This document shows, piece after piece, positions 28,138-38,053 of a DNA stretch of 64,000 nucleotides. Origin of the DNA: a bacterium (GTDB lineage: Bacteria > UBA8248). Position numbers and translations under genes: made by a program. The number at the start of each line of letters is the position of its first letter. The first letter of the stretch is position 1. The notes under the pieces are model-generated. The model was not told the origin of the DNA. It made no database searches and saw only the letters and a list, made by a program, of their open reading frames with translations. The DNA lies in NCBI GenBank assembly GCA_965213685.1, contig CBDBZY010000013.1, positions 61,987-125,986 on the forward strand, written 5' to 3'.

Positions 28138-29634
28138 CTATTCGCCCCGGGACGTGTCCCAGGGCCGCTTCCAGATGCTCATGAAGAGAATGGCGCCCGC
28201 CAGAATGATGAAGAACAGCGAGATCGGGCGCGTGAAGAACACCGAATAATCGCCCTGGGAGAGCAGCAGGGCCTGCTTGAAGGAGCGCTCCGCCATCGGC
28301 GTGATGATGTAGGCGATGACCAGGGGTGCTAAGGGATACCGCATCTTCCGCAGGATGTAGCCGAACGCGCCGGCGATGAGGGCGAGCTCCACGTCCCCGA
28401 GGTTGTTCTGGAAGATGTAGCCGCCCGCGACGCAGAACATGATGATGCAGGGCAACAGCAGGGATTGCCGTATGGTGACCACCCAGGCGAATATGCCGGT
28501 GAGCAGCCAGCCCTGGACGAGCATGATGGGGTTTCCCAGCAGGAGCAGGGCGAAGATGGCGTACATCGTGGTGGCGTTTTCCTCGAACAGGGAGGGCCCG
28601 GGCCGCAGCCCCTGGGCGATGAACGCGCCCATCAGGATGGCCGCCGTCCCGCCGCCCGGAATCCCCAGCGTGAGGGTGGGGATGAGGTCCGCCCCCGCCA
28701 CCGCGCTGTTCGCCGCCTCCGCTGCGGCCACGCCCTCGTAGCTGCCGTGGCCGAACTCCTCGGGCTTCTTGGAGGCGCGCTTGGCGGCGCCGTAGCCGAT
28801 GAAGGTGGCGATGGAGGAGCCCGTTCCGGGGATGGCGCCGACGATGGTGCCGATGATGGAGGAGCGGAATATCGTTCTGCCCGACGCCGTGAATTCCGCC
28901 ATCTTCAGCGAGCGCCCGCCCCGGAGGTGCGAGGTGGGCGGCTTCTGCGCCAGCTCGGATATTTTCTTCTCCGCCTGTATCAGCACCTCGCTCACCGCGA
29001 ACAGGCCGATGAGCAGGGGGACGAGGCCCACGCCGCCCTCGAGGGTGGGCAGGCGGAAGGTGAACCGCTCCGCCCCCGAGATGGCGTCGAGCCCCACCAT
29101 GCCGAACATCAGGCCGATGAGCGCGGAGAGGATGCCCTTGGAGACCGAAGCGCCCGTGACGCTGGAGATGACGGTGAGTCCCATGACGAGCAGCCCGAAA
29201 AAATCGGCGGGCCCGAATTTCAGGGCCAGCGCCGCGAGCGGAATGGCCGCGACGATGAGGGCGATGTCGCTGAAGGTGTCGCCCAGGGTGGAGGAGTACA
29301 GCGCCATCTGGATGGCGCTTTTCGCCTCGCCCTTCTGGGCGAGGGGGTATCCGTCGAGGCAGGTCGCGGCCGCCGGCGGGGTGCCGGGCGTGTTGACCAG
29401 AATCGCTGGAATCGAGCCGCCGAAGAGCGCCCCCTTGTGCACGCCGAGCAGAAAGGGGATGCCCAGCGTGGGCGCCATGAAGAAGGAGAAGGGCACGAGA
29501 ATCGCCGTCGCCATGACGCCGGTGAGCCCGGGAATCGCGCCCACGGTGATGCCCGCGAAAACGCCAATCGCCACCATCCCCAGCGCCTGGAAGGTCAGCG
29601 CGGAGGAGACGCCCTGGATGATTTGCTCGATCAC
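28138..29634 (-). CDS. tctA: Tripartite tricarboxylate transporter permease TctA
   Basis: GAIPGL, NTPGTP, DGYP, E.ANSA, LTLGIPG, GL.PGP. Confidence 0.93.
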   Translation of the reverse strand: MIEQIIQGVSSALTFQALGMVAIGVFAGITVGAIPGLTGVMATAILVPFSFFMAPTLGIPFLLGVHKGALFGGSIPAILVNTPGTPPAAATCLDGYPLAQKGEAKSAIQMALYSSTLGDTFSDIALIVAAIPLAALALKFGPADFFGLLVMGLTVISSVTGASVSKGILSALIGLMFGMVGLDAISGAERFTFRLPTLEGGVGLVPLLIGLFAVSEVLIQAEKKISELAQKPPTSHLRGGRSLKMAEFTASGRTIFRSSIIGTIVGAIPGTGSSIATFIGYGAAKRASKKPEEFGHGSYEGVAAAEAANSAVAGADLIPTLTLGIPGGGTAAILMGAFIAQGLRPGPSLFEENATTMYAIFALLLLGNPIMLVQGWLLTGIFAWVVTIRQSLLLPCIIMFCVAGGYIFQNNLGDVELALIAGAFGYILRKMRYPLAPLVIAYIITPMAERSFKQALLLSQGDYSVFFTRPISLFFIILAGAILFMSIWKRPWDTSRGE

Positions 29635-30107
29635 GGGAACAGACTCCCCTCGGGGAGGATGACCTGGAAGCTCCACCAGAAGAAATACGTCAGGAAAAGA
29701 GGGAACAGGATGGCGGTGGACGCGATGAGGCGCCAGTCCCGAATGCCGAGCAGGCCGATGGCGGCGGCCATGAAAAACGGGGAGGCCCAGGAGAATCCCA
29801 CGATCTTCAGCGCCTGCACATACAGGAGCGTGAGCGCGAAAACGGCGCCGACCTTGGAGAGCGCGCCCTTGGCGTCCGTCCACACCCTGGCCTTGGAGTT
29901 GTTTTTCAGGGCACTGGCCATCATGAAGAGGCAGGTGAAGGCGAACAGGGCCATGGTGAGCTGGGGAAAGAACTCCGGCCGCAGGACGGCGGGCGTGGAC
30001 GCGTCGATGGGAATGGAGGAGACGATTTGATGGGGAATGAGATACGCGAACGCAAAGACGCTGAACAGGATGAAAATGACGCCCGTTATCAGGTCCGCCG
30101 TGCGCAT
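29631..30107 (-). CDS. tctB: Tripartite tricarboxylate transporter small subunit TctB
   Basis: Four to five TM segments; P.FFP, GF and C-terminal LP.G; overlaps tctA. Confidence 0.85.
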   Translation of the reverse strand: MRTADLITGVIFILFSVFAFAYLIPHQIVSSIPIDASTPAVLRPEFFPQLTMALFAFTCLFMMASALKNNSKARVWTDAKGALSKVGAVFALTLLYVQALKIVGFSWASPFFMAAAIGLLGIRDWRLIASTAILFPLFLTYFFWWSFQVILPEGSLFP

Positions 30108-30333
30108 CCCCGTCGCAATCTCCAGATGCGGCCGCGACCGATGCGTCCGATCTGCGCATGGATGCGGCCATGGCCATACGCATGGAGGGGCGTCCGCCCA
30201 CGCTGGGCTTTTCGCCCCGGCACATGTATTCTGATGGGCAGATAATGTATCTTAGAATGCGGGTTTCGCACAATGGGGAGGAGAGGCGCTCGCTCCCTTT
30301 TTTTCAGGGTGCGCCTTATGGGAGGAGAGGGGC

Positions 30334-30771
30334 GTGTTTCACGCTGCGCGCGTGGACGTGGGGATCGCCACGAGAAACATCGACGCGATGAAACGATTCT
30401 ACACCGAGGCGCTTGGCCTCTCGGAGGTGGCCGTCGTCGCCGTGCCGGGCGATTTCGTGCGCGCGGCGGGTTTTGGCCGAGGCGACGTCAGGGTGCACGC
30501 GTTAAGGTCGGGCGAGGTTCTCATCAAGCTGCTGGAGTTTTCGGACGGGCCGCCGCCCTCCCGGGCGGAACCGCTGGCGGATTCGGCGTCGGGATTCCGG
30601 TATCTCACCTTCTGGGTGGAGGATATGGAGGCGGCCGTGGCGCATTTGCGGGACGCCGGCGTGACGCCGCTGTCCGGGATATTGTCCCGCACGCCCGAGA
30701 GGAAGACGGTTTTTTTCCAGGACCCTGACGGCAATCTGCTGGAGTTGAACTGGGCGGTGCCCGAAGCGTGA
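30334..30771 (+). CDS. VOC family protein
   Basis: FY...LGL, F.QDPDGNLLE. Confidence 0.85.
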   Translation: MFHAARVDVGIATRNIDAMKRFYTEALGLSEVAVVAVPGDFVRAAGFGRGDVRVHALRSGEVLIKLLEFSDGPPPSRAEPLADSASGFRYLTFWVEDMEAAVAHLRDAGVTPLSGILSRTPERKTVFFQDPDGNLLELNWAVPEA

Positions 30772-30826
30772 CAGGCAGGCGAGACGCGCAGGCTTTCCAT
30801 CCATCCCCCACAGGAGAGGCGACGAA

Positions 30827-31210
30827 ATGAAGCTGACGTTCGACCACATCCATTGCGTGCACAGCGACGTTGACGAGGCGGTGAGGTTCTACGCGGAGGT
30901 GCTCGGGGCGACCGAGACCAACCGGATAGACCGAGGCGGTGCCCCGCAGGTGTATCTGGACGTTCACGGGGCGAGCGTCATCGTTCGCGGCAAGCGGGAC
31001 GGGGAGGAGCTCGCGGCTGGCCCCGGCGGCTGGCCGCGCTACAGCATCGACCACTACGCCTTTTGCGTGGACGGCAAGCTGGCCGATACGCTGGAGGAGG
31101 TTCGCGCGCGCGGCGGAAAGGTCGTGGCCGAGGGCGAGGCGGAGGAGTTGTATTTCGCCTATCTGGAGGCACCCGACGGCGTCGTGGTCGAGTTGATGGA
31201 GATGAAATAG
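30827..31210 (+). CDS. VOC family protein
   Basis: FDHIH, DHYAF, APDGVVVEL. Confidence 0.85.
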   Translation: MKLTFDHIHCVHSDVDEAVRFYAEVLGATETNRIDRGGAPQVYLDVHGASVIVRGKRDGEELAAGPGGWPRYSIDHYAFCVDGKLADTLEEVRARGGKVVAEGEAEELYFAYLEAPDGVVVELMEMK

Positions 31211-31251
31211 GACGCGCGCACTGCACTTGCCGCCGGTCGGGGACAGTGGCC

Positions 31252-31914
31252 ATGTTTCGGAACATTTTTTTTGCGGCTGTCCTCTCGGGCGTGATCGCGG
31301 GGCTTTTCGTCTCGGCGGTTCAGTCCGCCCGCGTCATCCCCTTGATAGGCGAGGCGGAAAAACTCGAACGCGCGAACACCTCCCCCGTCCCCATCCCGCA
31401 AACCCACGAGGCGCATGCGGACGGGGGCGGCTTCTCCAGGGCTGTGCGCACCGTCGTCTCGAACGTCCTTGCGGCGATCGGCTTCGCGCTGCTGCTCGTG
31501 GCCTGCTTCGCCCTTCGCGGGGACGTGGACTGGAAAGAGGGAATCCTCTGGGGGATCGGCGGGTTCCTCGTCTTTGGCCTGGCGCCCGCCGTCGGCCTGC
31601 CGCCGACCCTCCCCGGAGCCTTTGCGGCCCCCGTGGCGGACAGGCAGCTGTGGTGGCTCCTCGCCGTGGCGGCCACCGCCTCGGGGCTGATGCTGCTGGC
31701 CTTCCGGCCGGGGGCGATTTTCAAGGCGCTGGGCGTCGCTCTCATCGTTGCGCCCCACCTGCTCGGCGCCCCGCATCCGGAAGTCCCCGGCGGCTTGGCG
31801 CCCAGGGCGCTCCTGGAGAGCTTCCGCGTCATGGCGCTCCTGGCCTCGGGCCTGTTCTGGATCGTTCTCGGGCTTTGCGCGGGCTATTTTTTCGACCGCC
31901 TGCGCAGGGGATGA
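31252..31914 (+). CDS. cbtA: CbtA family putative cobalt transporter
   Basis: PLI..AE, WG..GF, LAP..GLPP.LPG, RQLWW, PH..GAP. Confidence 0.88.
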   Translation: MFRNIFFAAVLSGVIAGLFVSAVQSARVIPLIGEAEKLERANTSPVPIPQTHEAHADGGGFSRAVRTVVSNVLAAIGFALLLVACFALRGDVDWKEGILWGIGGFLVFGLAPAVGLPPTLPGAFAAPVADRQLWWLLAVAATASGLMLLAFRPGAIFKALGVALIVAPHLLGAPHPEVPGGLAPRALLESFRVMALLASGLFWIVLGLCAGYFFDRLRRG

Positions 31915-32164
31915 ATCGCCGGGAGGCCTGAAAGCGGCGGAGGGTGCACGGAGCCCCGTCGCTTCCCGCCCTCCGTCCGGGAGCCTCCCGACTGCGCCTC
32001 CCTCCCTGCCGTCCCCTTCCCTAATCTCCCGGAAGCCAAACGCCTGACGATAAATAGCGGTATGACGACATATCGTATTTTCAGACCCTCTTTTTCGCCG
32101 CGCCGGTTCCTCACGTCATTTTGCAAGTGCTTGTATTTATGGGGATTTGTTGGTTTTGCTCATG

Positions 32165-32181
32165 TTGGCATCCCTTTTGCA
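32165..32181 (+). promoter_or_regulatory. Sigma54 (-24/-12) promoter
   Basis: TTGGCATCCCTTTTGCA fits TGGC..TTGC with exact GG-N10-GC spacing, in an AT-rich intergenic region. Confidence 0.75.
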
Positions 32182-32254
32182 TCTATGAATGGCGAAGGCA
32201 GGTTTCAGGCCTGTGTCGATTTCAGGCCGGAGAGAGGGAGAAAGGAGGCGGGAC

Positions 32255-32431
32255 ATGGAATTTCTGAGAATATACGCCATGGCGGCGCTCCCCGTATTTC
32301 TCGCGTTTGCCGTGATTGGATGGTTCATGGCCGTCAGCGCCGTCCCGAGGTGCCCCGCCGAACGAGGGTCGCCACAATCGGAACGGCCGGAGGCCATGAC
32401 GGAAAAACCGGAACTCCAGAAAGCCGCGTGA
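32255..32431 (+). CDS. Small single-TM membrane protein (58 aa)
   Basis: AAGGAGG RBS; N-terminal hydrophobic helix; ends ELQKAA. Confidence 0.6.
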   Translation: MEFLRIYAMAALPVFLAFAVIGWFMAVSAVPRCPAERGSPQSERPEAMTEKPELQKAA

Positions 32432-32469
32432 TGCGGATGGGCCGCGCACTCAGGAAACGGAGCGAAATC

Positions 32470-32940
32470 ATGTATCAGCGCATCTTGATTCCCCTGGACG
32501 GCTCGGAGGAGGCGGAGATCGCCGTGGACGAGGTGGTTCATCTTTCGCCGAACCCGCAGGTCGTTCATCTGCAACTGGTGGAAAACGGCGTCACGCAGTC
32601 GAGGCGACTGGAGGGCTACGCGATGTACGCCGATCAGATTTCCGATGCGCGGCGGCGCTCGGGCGAGGCGTATCTGGCGCCCTTGCGCGAGCGTCTCGAG
32701 GCCCGGGGAACGCGCGTGGAGGTTTCCGTGGAAAGCGGAACTCCGCTCCATCAAGTGGCTGAAAAGGCGGAGGCGTGGCGTCCGGACCTCATCCTCTTCG
32801 GCGGGGCGGGAGGCGGATGGCTGAGACGCCTCCTGGGGCTGGCCCGCATCGCCCCGCGCCTGTCCAGGAGGGTGGACGCCCGCGTGCTGGTGATTCAGGA
32901 GCCGCTGAAATCGCCGGAGGTACTCCAGACGGCCGCATAA
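32470..32940 (+). CDS. Universal stress protein
   Basis: MYQRILIPLDGS, G.P...., DLI, VLVI. Confidence 0.88.
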   Translation: MYQRILIPLDGSEEAEIAVDEVVHLSPNPQVVHLQLVENGVTQSRRLEGYAMYADQISDARRRSGEAYLAPLRERLEARGTRVEVSVESGTPLHQVAEKAEAWRPDLILFGGAGGGWLRRLLGLARIAPRLSRRVDARVLVIQEPLKSPEVLQTAA

Positions 32941-33142
32941 GGAACAGAAAATACCTGCCGTGGCCCAACCATTGGGCTACGCCCCCACATACCTCCCCCC
33001 CGGCGGTCCACGCTGTCCAGCACCGGGCCGCCGGGCGGGGAATCCCCCCTCCCCTTTCCGGCAGCAGCACCCACGGTTCCGCGCCCCCTCCGCCGGGATG
33101 CTAGAATCTCCTCGCACCGATGAACGGCGCGGGGAGTGGCGG

Positions 33143-34067
33143 ATGAGAATCGGCATTTTGTGTCGGGATCGCACCTTGCACGGCGTCCGGAGAATTTCCG
33201 AGACCGCCCGGCGCAGAAAGCACCGCGTGCGCGTTTTGGATCCGTATCGATTCCTGCTCAAACTGGACGAAAAAGAGATCGCCCTGGAGTTTCGGGGCAA
33301 GCCCTTCTCGGCGGCGGATGTTTTTCTGCCGCGTCTGGGGGCGAACATATCGGAGCATTCCCTCGCCCTGGTTCGTCATCTGGAGGCGGCCGGCGCGTTG
33401 CTCATCAACGGCTCCCGCGCCCTGGAGACGGCGCGGGACAAACTGCGCGCGCTGCAGCTTTTGGCGCAAAACGGTTTGCCGGTTCCCAGAACGGCGTTCG
33501 CCCCGGACCCGAACTATCTGCGCGCGGCCCTCCGCTGCGTGGGCGGTGCGCCCGTCGTCATGAAGCCTGCCCCGAGGAACGCAGGGCAGGGGCGTGATGC
33601 GCGCCGGTGCCCCGGGAGAGGCGCAGGCCATCTCCGACGTCATGTGGAGCATGCAGCGCGACGTCATGGTGCAGGAATACGTCGAGGAGGCCCGGGAGGG
33701 GGACCTCAGGGTTATCGTCGTGGGCGGCGAGGTCGCCGCCGCCGTGCGGAGGCGCGCGGCGAGGGGGGAGTTTCGGGCGAACCTGCATCGTGGTGCCTCC
33801 GTGAGAAAAGCCGCCCTCAGCGGGCGAGACGCGCAACTCGCCAGGCGCGCCGCGAAGTTGTGCGGCCTGGACGTGGCCGGCGTGGACTTGCTGGAAACCA
33901 GGCGGGGCCCTCTGGTTCTGGAGGTGAACGCCGCCCCCGGTTTTGAGGGCGTGGAGCGCGCCGGCGGCCCGCCGGTGGCGTCCCGCATCCTCGATTACGT
34001 CGAGCGGCGTCATGCGGAGTGGAAGCGGGAGGAGCGGAGGCGGGAGGAGCGGAGGCGGGAGGCGTAA
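33143..34067 (+). CDS. rimK: RimK family alpha-L-glutamate ligase, frameshifted at ~33566
   Basis: ARDKLR.LQLL, P.T, GTQG.GV, QEY, D.RV, FRANLHRG, EVN..PG; one extra C after AAG. Confidence 0.85.
34026..34063. repeat. 15-bp tandem repeat (~2.5 copies) in the rimK 3' end
   Basis: gcgggaggagcggag units encoding REERR-REERR-RE. Confidence 0.8.
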
Positions 34068-34072
34068 TTCGT

Positions 34073-34123
34073 TTGCCGGCGTTTTTGGGTGGGCGCTATA
34101 ATGCCGGGCGGGCGCTATAATGC
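34073..34123 (+). promoter_or_regulatory. Sigma70-like promoter with duplicated -10 box upstream of proA
   Basis: TTGCCG-N18-TATAAT; gggcgctataatgc occurs at 34091 and 34110. Confidence 0.55.
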
Positions 34124-34199
34124 GACAGCCGGTCTCCGAAGGCGGCCATGCGGGTTGCGGCCGTTCGGACGCGCGGAATGCGATGGGGAGAGACGCGAT

Positions 34200-35523
34200 T
34201 TGGGCGATATAGACGCCATATGCCGGGCGGCGAGACGCTCCGCCCTCGCGCTGGCGCCGTTGCGCGATGAGACGAGAAGCCGCGCGCTCGCCGCCGTGGC
34301 GGACGCGCTGGACGCGGGCGCGCGCCGCATCCTGGATGCGAACGGAGAGGACCTCGCCGCCGCCGAGCGGTTGGTGGCGAACGGCGCGCTCTCCCTCCCG
34401 CTGCTCCGGCGCCTGGAGCTGGATGCGCGCAAGATCGCCCGGATGGCGGATGGCGTCCGCGCGGTGGCCGCGCTTCCGGACCCCCTGGACGTCGTGCGCA
34501 TGGCGACGCTGCTCGATGAGGGGCTCACGCTCCGGCGCGTCACGTGCCCCTTGGGCGTCATCGCCGCCGTGTTTGAATCCAGGCCCGACGCCCTGGTGCA
34601 GATCGCGGCGCTTTGCCTGAAATCGGGCAACGCCGCCATCCTGAAAGGAGGCCGCGAGGCCGCGCGCACGAACCGCCTCCTGTCCGACCTGCTCAGGGAG
34701 GCGGCGTCATCGGCGGGAGAGGTTCCGGCGGACGCCCTGCAGCTTGTGGAGGCGCGCGAAGATGTGCGCGCCCTGCTCTCGCGCGACGACGCGGTGGATT
34801 TGCTCATACCGCGCGGGAGCAACGAGTTCGTTCGCTACATCAAGGAGCGCTCCAACATTCCGGTGCTGGGTCACGCGGACGGGGTGTGCCACCTCTACGT
34901 GGATGAGGCGGCGGACGCCGCGATGGCGGTGCGCCTCGCCCTGGACGCCAAAACGCAGTATCCCGCCGTCTGCAACGCGATAGAGACGCTTTTGGTGCAT
35001 GAGAAAAAGGCGCGCGAATACCTTCCGCTGGCTGCCGGTGCGCTGGGGGAAAAGGGGGTGGCCATCCGTGGCTGCGAGGCCACGCGGGAGATTGTCCGGG
35101 ACGCGCAGGCGGCCAGCGAGGACGACTGGAAGACGGAGTACCTCGACCTGATGCTCTCCGTTCGGGTGGTGGATTCCCTGGCCGGGGCGATTGACCACAT
35201 CAACCGCTACGGTTCGCGGCACACCGAGGCGATTGTCACCTCGGACGAGGCGGCGGCGCGGACGTTCCTCTCGCGGGTGGACGCCGCCAGCGTCATGTGG
35301 AACGCCTCCACGCGCCTGGCGGATGGGTTTCGCTACGGCTTTGGCGCGGAGGTGGGAATCGCCACCGACAAAGTTCACGCGCGCGGCCCGGTCGGTCCTC
35401 GAGGGCCTGGTGACGTATAAGTACCAGCTGGCCGGAGAGGGCCACCTCGTATCCGATTATGAGGGCGCGGATGCGCGGGCGTTTCTCCACGAGCCGCTTC
35501 CCGTGCGTGACGCGGGCGCTTAG
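34200..35523 (+). CDS. proA: Glutamate-5-semialdehyde dehydrogenase, frameshifted at ~35397
   Basis: [45 protein letters not shown]; RGPVG/LEGL..YK split by one extra base. Confidence 0.93.
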
Positions 35524-35538
35524 GGGACAGGCGCGCGC

Positions 35539-35862
35539 TTGGGCAAGTGGGTCGTCCTTTCGTTTCTCGTTTTTGGCGGGGCGCTCGTGGCCTTTCTGCT
35601 CGTCTTTCCGCATTCCGGGCGAGAAGAGGCGTCCCTCACCCGGGGCGATGGCGCGCAGATCTATCGCCAGGCCTGCGCCGTCTGTCACGGCGAGCGGGGC
35701 GAGGGCAAAAGCGGCCTCGGGCGTCCGCTGCGCGGCCGCGCACTCCCCGTTTCCCTGATAAAACAGGTCATCCGGAGGGGCAAGAACAAGATGCCCGCCC
35801 TGCCCCACATCCAGGGCGCCGCCCTAGACGGCGTGGCGAGGCACGTGCATCGCCTGCCGTAG
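35539..35862 (+). CDS. Membrane-anchored monoheme cytochrome c
   Basis: N-terminal TM; CAVCHG; distal Met in MPA. Confidence 0.85.
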   Translation: MGKWVVLSFLVFGGALVAFLLVFPHSGREEASLTRGDGAQIYRQACAVCHGERGEGKSGLGRPLRGRALPVSLIKQVIRRGKNKMPALPHIQGAALDGVARHVHRLP

Positions 35863-35877
35863 GTTCTCGCGCCTGGC

Positions 35878-35896
35878 GGGGGGGGGGGGGGGGGGG
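35878..35896. repeat. Poly-G tract (19 nt)
   Basis: Homopolymer between convergent genes. Confidence 0.85.
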
Positions 35897-35936
35897 CGCC
35901 GGATTCGTGGTGATAGGGCCTGGCGTCGCGCGCGGC

Positions 35937-36714
35937 TCATCCCTCGCTTCTGCGCGCCGTCTGGACCGCCAGCGCGAAGGCGGCGAGGCCGAAGACGGCC
36001 ATGATGGCGAGGGAGAGCCCCGACCCCGGCAGATGGGCCACGGCGTCCGGATCGCTCATGTACAGGGTGCGCCGCAAGGCCGCCACGCCGTACGTGAGCG
36101 GGTTGACCCGCATGACGAGCCCGATGAGGGGATGCGCGCCCGAGACCGGGAACACCGCGCCCGAGAGCAGCCACAGCGGTATCAGAAACAGGTTCATGAT
36201 GGAGTGAAACCCCTGGGTGGACTCGATGCGCCAGGCGAGGAGGAGGCCGAGCGAGGTGAGCGCGAAGCCGATGAGTCCCATGACGGCGACGGAGGCCAGG
36301 GCGGATGCGGGGGGTGAGCGGAACGCCCGCCAGGGGCGCCGCGATGAGCAGCAGCACCCCTTGCAGGAGCGCCAGCGTGGCCCCGCCAAGCGCCTGCCCC
36401 AGGACGATGGCGGAGCGCGGCGCGGGCGCAGCGAGCACGCTTTGCAGAAAACGCGCCTTGCGGTCGTCCACCACGGCGAACGTGGAGAAAATCGCCGTGA
36501 AGAGCACGACCATGGCGATGATGCCCGGGTAGAAGTATTCCAGATACCCCTCCCCGCCGTCGGGATGGCGGAAGTTCCGCCCGAAGCCGCTGCCCAGAAG
36601 CAGCCAGAACATGACGGGCTGGCCAAGCGCGCCGACGATGCGGCTGCGCTGGCGCAGGAAGCGGACGATCTCGCGCTGCCAAATCGTTCCCATGCAGAGC
36701 AGGAAGGGGGTCAT
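35937..36714 (-). CDS. ABC-2 type transporter permease, frameshifted at ~36309-36314
   Basis: RE..RF.RQRSR, YFYPGI, LSGA.FP, NPLTY; one extra base in a 6-nt run. Confidence 0.85.
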
Positions 36715-37679
36715 GGTTTTTTCGCCTCGGCCTCCGGCGGCGCCTCGTCCGCCTCAGCGAAGCGCTTTCCCGTCTTCTGGATGAAAACGTCTTCCAGCGT
36801 GGGCTTGCCCAGGGTGATGGACCGGATGTCGCCCGGGAACGCCTCCGCGATTTTGGGAATGGCCGCGCGGGCGTCGGCCATCTCGGCGCGCAGGGAGCCG
36901 TCCACGTTCCGGACGTCATACGGAAACGCGGCCTGAATCCTCGGAAGCAGGGATTCGGGGTCTTGCGCTTCGATGGTCAGCACCTCGCCGCCCACCTCCT
37001 TTTTGAGCGCGCCGGGCGCGCCGAGTGCGACGAGGCCGCCCTCGTGGATGACCCCCACCCGATCCGCGCGGTCCGCCTCCTCGATAAAATGCGTGGTGAG
37101 AACGACCGTGGCGCCCGTCTCGTCTCTCAGCCTCCGGAGTTCGCCGCGAAAGTCGATTCTGGCCCCTGGGTCGAGGCCCGCGCTGGGCTCATCGAGAAGC
37201 AGCATCTCGGGGCGGGGCAGCAACGCCTTGGCGAGCTCCGCCCGGCGCTGCAGCCCGCCCGAGAGGGTTTCGACGAAATCCTTTTTCCGATCCCCCAGCC
37301 CGAACCGCTCCAGCAGCGCGGACGCGGCGTTTCGCAGAGCGCCGCCGCGCATTCCGTGGAGCCTCCCGTGATGGATCAGGTTCTCGAAAACGGTGAGCTT
37401 CGGGTCCAGCCCCGGCTGCTGAAAGACGACGCCGATTTTCCGTCGCGCCGCGTGGGGCGCCTCCCGCACCGAACGGCCGAGCACGAAGGCGTCGCCGGAG
37501 GAGGGGCGCATGAGCGTGGCGATGATGCGGAACAGGGTGGTCTTCCCGCCGCCGTTCGGCCCGAGGAGGGCGAATATCTCGCGCCCCGCAACTTCGAAGG
37601 ACACGTTTTTGAGCGCGACGCGCTCCCCATAGCGGTGGGTGACGTTCCGGACGGAGAGGGCGGCGGGGCTCGGCTTCAA
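36711..37679 (-). CDS. ABC transporter ATP-binding protein (DrrA-like)
   Basis: GPNGGGKT, LSGG, LLDEP.GLDP, TTH, PTLEDVF; TTG start overlaps the upstream stop. Confidence 0.9.
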   Translation of the reverse strand: MKPSPAALSVRNVTHRYGERVALKNVSFEVAGREIFALLGPNGGGKTTLFRIIATLMRPSSGDAFVLGRSVREAPHAARRKIGVVFQQPGLDPKLTVFENLIHHGRLHGMRGGALRNAASALLERFGLGDRKKDFVETLSGGLQRRAELAKALLPRPEMLLLDEPSAGLDPGARIDFRGELRRLRDETGATVVLTTHFIEEADRADRVGVIHEGGLVALGAPGALKKEVGGEVLTIEAQDPESLLPRIQAAFPYDVRNVDGSLRAEMADARAAIPKIAEAFPGDIRSITLGKPTLEDVFIQKTGKRFAEADEAPPEAEAKKP

Positions 37680-38053
37680 TTCGGGGGAGCTCCATCGTCG
37701 TCGCGCGTGAATTTCTGGTTCAAAAAATGGTCCGCGTTCAGCCAGATGGCCTTGGAGTAGCGAAACAGGCATAGCGGAAGCAGCAGGCAAAGCCCGCCCC
37801 AGGCGATGAGCTGCGTCGTCAGCCCCGGTGCGATGAGCGCCTCGGCGATCAGATAGCCCCCCAGGCAGATGCAGACCGTGGCGGCGTAGTTGATGTAGAT
37901 GGCGCCGACGAAATAGCCCTGCTCGCGCTCGATGAGATAGCCGCAGGCCGGACATTTCTTGTGCATGCGGAACAGGCCGGTGAACAAGGGTTCGGGACAC
38001 CTCGGGCACTGCAGGGCCGCCCCGCGCCGGATGGCGCGCAGAAACGCTCTCAT
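37676..38053 (-). CDS. DUF983-like Zn-ribbon membrane protein
   Basis: CPRC..CPACG, E.GYF.GA.Y, two TM segments. Confidence 0.75.
   Translation of the reverse strand: MRAFLRAIRRGAALQCPRCPEPLFTGLFRMHKKCPACGYLIEREQGYFVGAIYINYAATVCICLGGYLIAEALIAPGLTTQLIAWGGLCLLLPLCLFRYSKAIWLNADHFLNQKFTRDDDGAPPN

Noticed and set aside
31919-32050. Possible cobalamin riboswitch near cbtA
   Set aside because: It lies downstream of cbtA and lacks the conserved core; it looks like a plain GC hairpin
35878-35896. G19 tract as phase-variation switch or G-quadruplex
   Set aside because: It lies between two convergent stop codons, so length change affects no frame or promoter; its length is unreliable given the other indel errors
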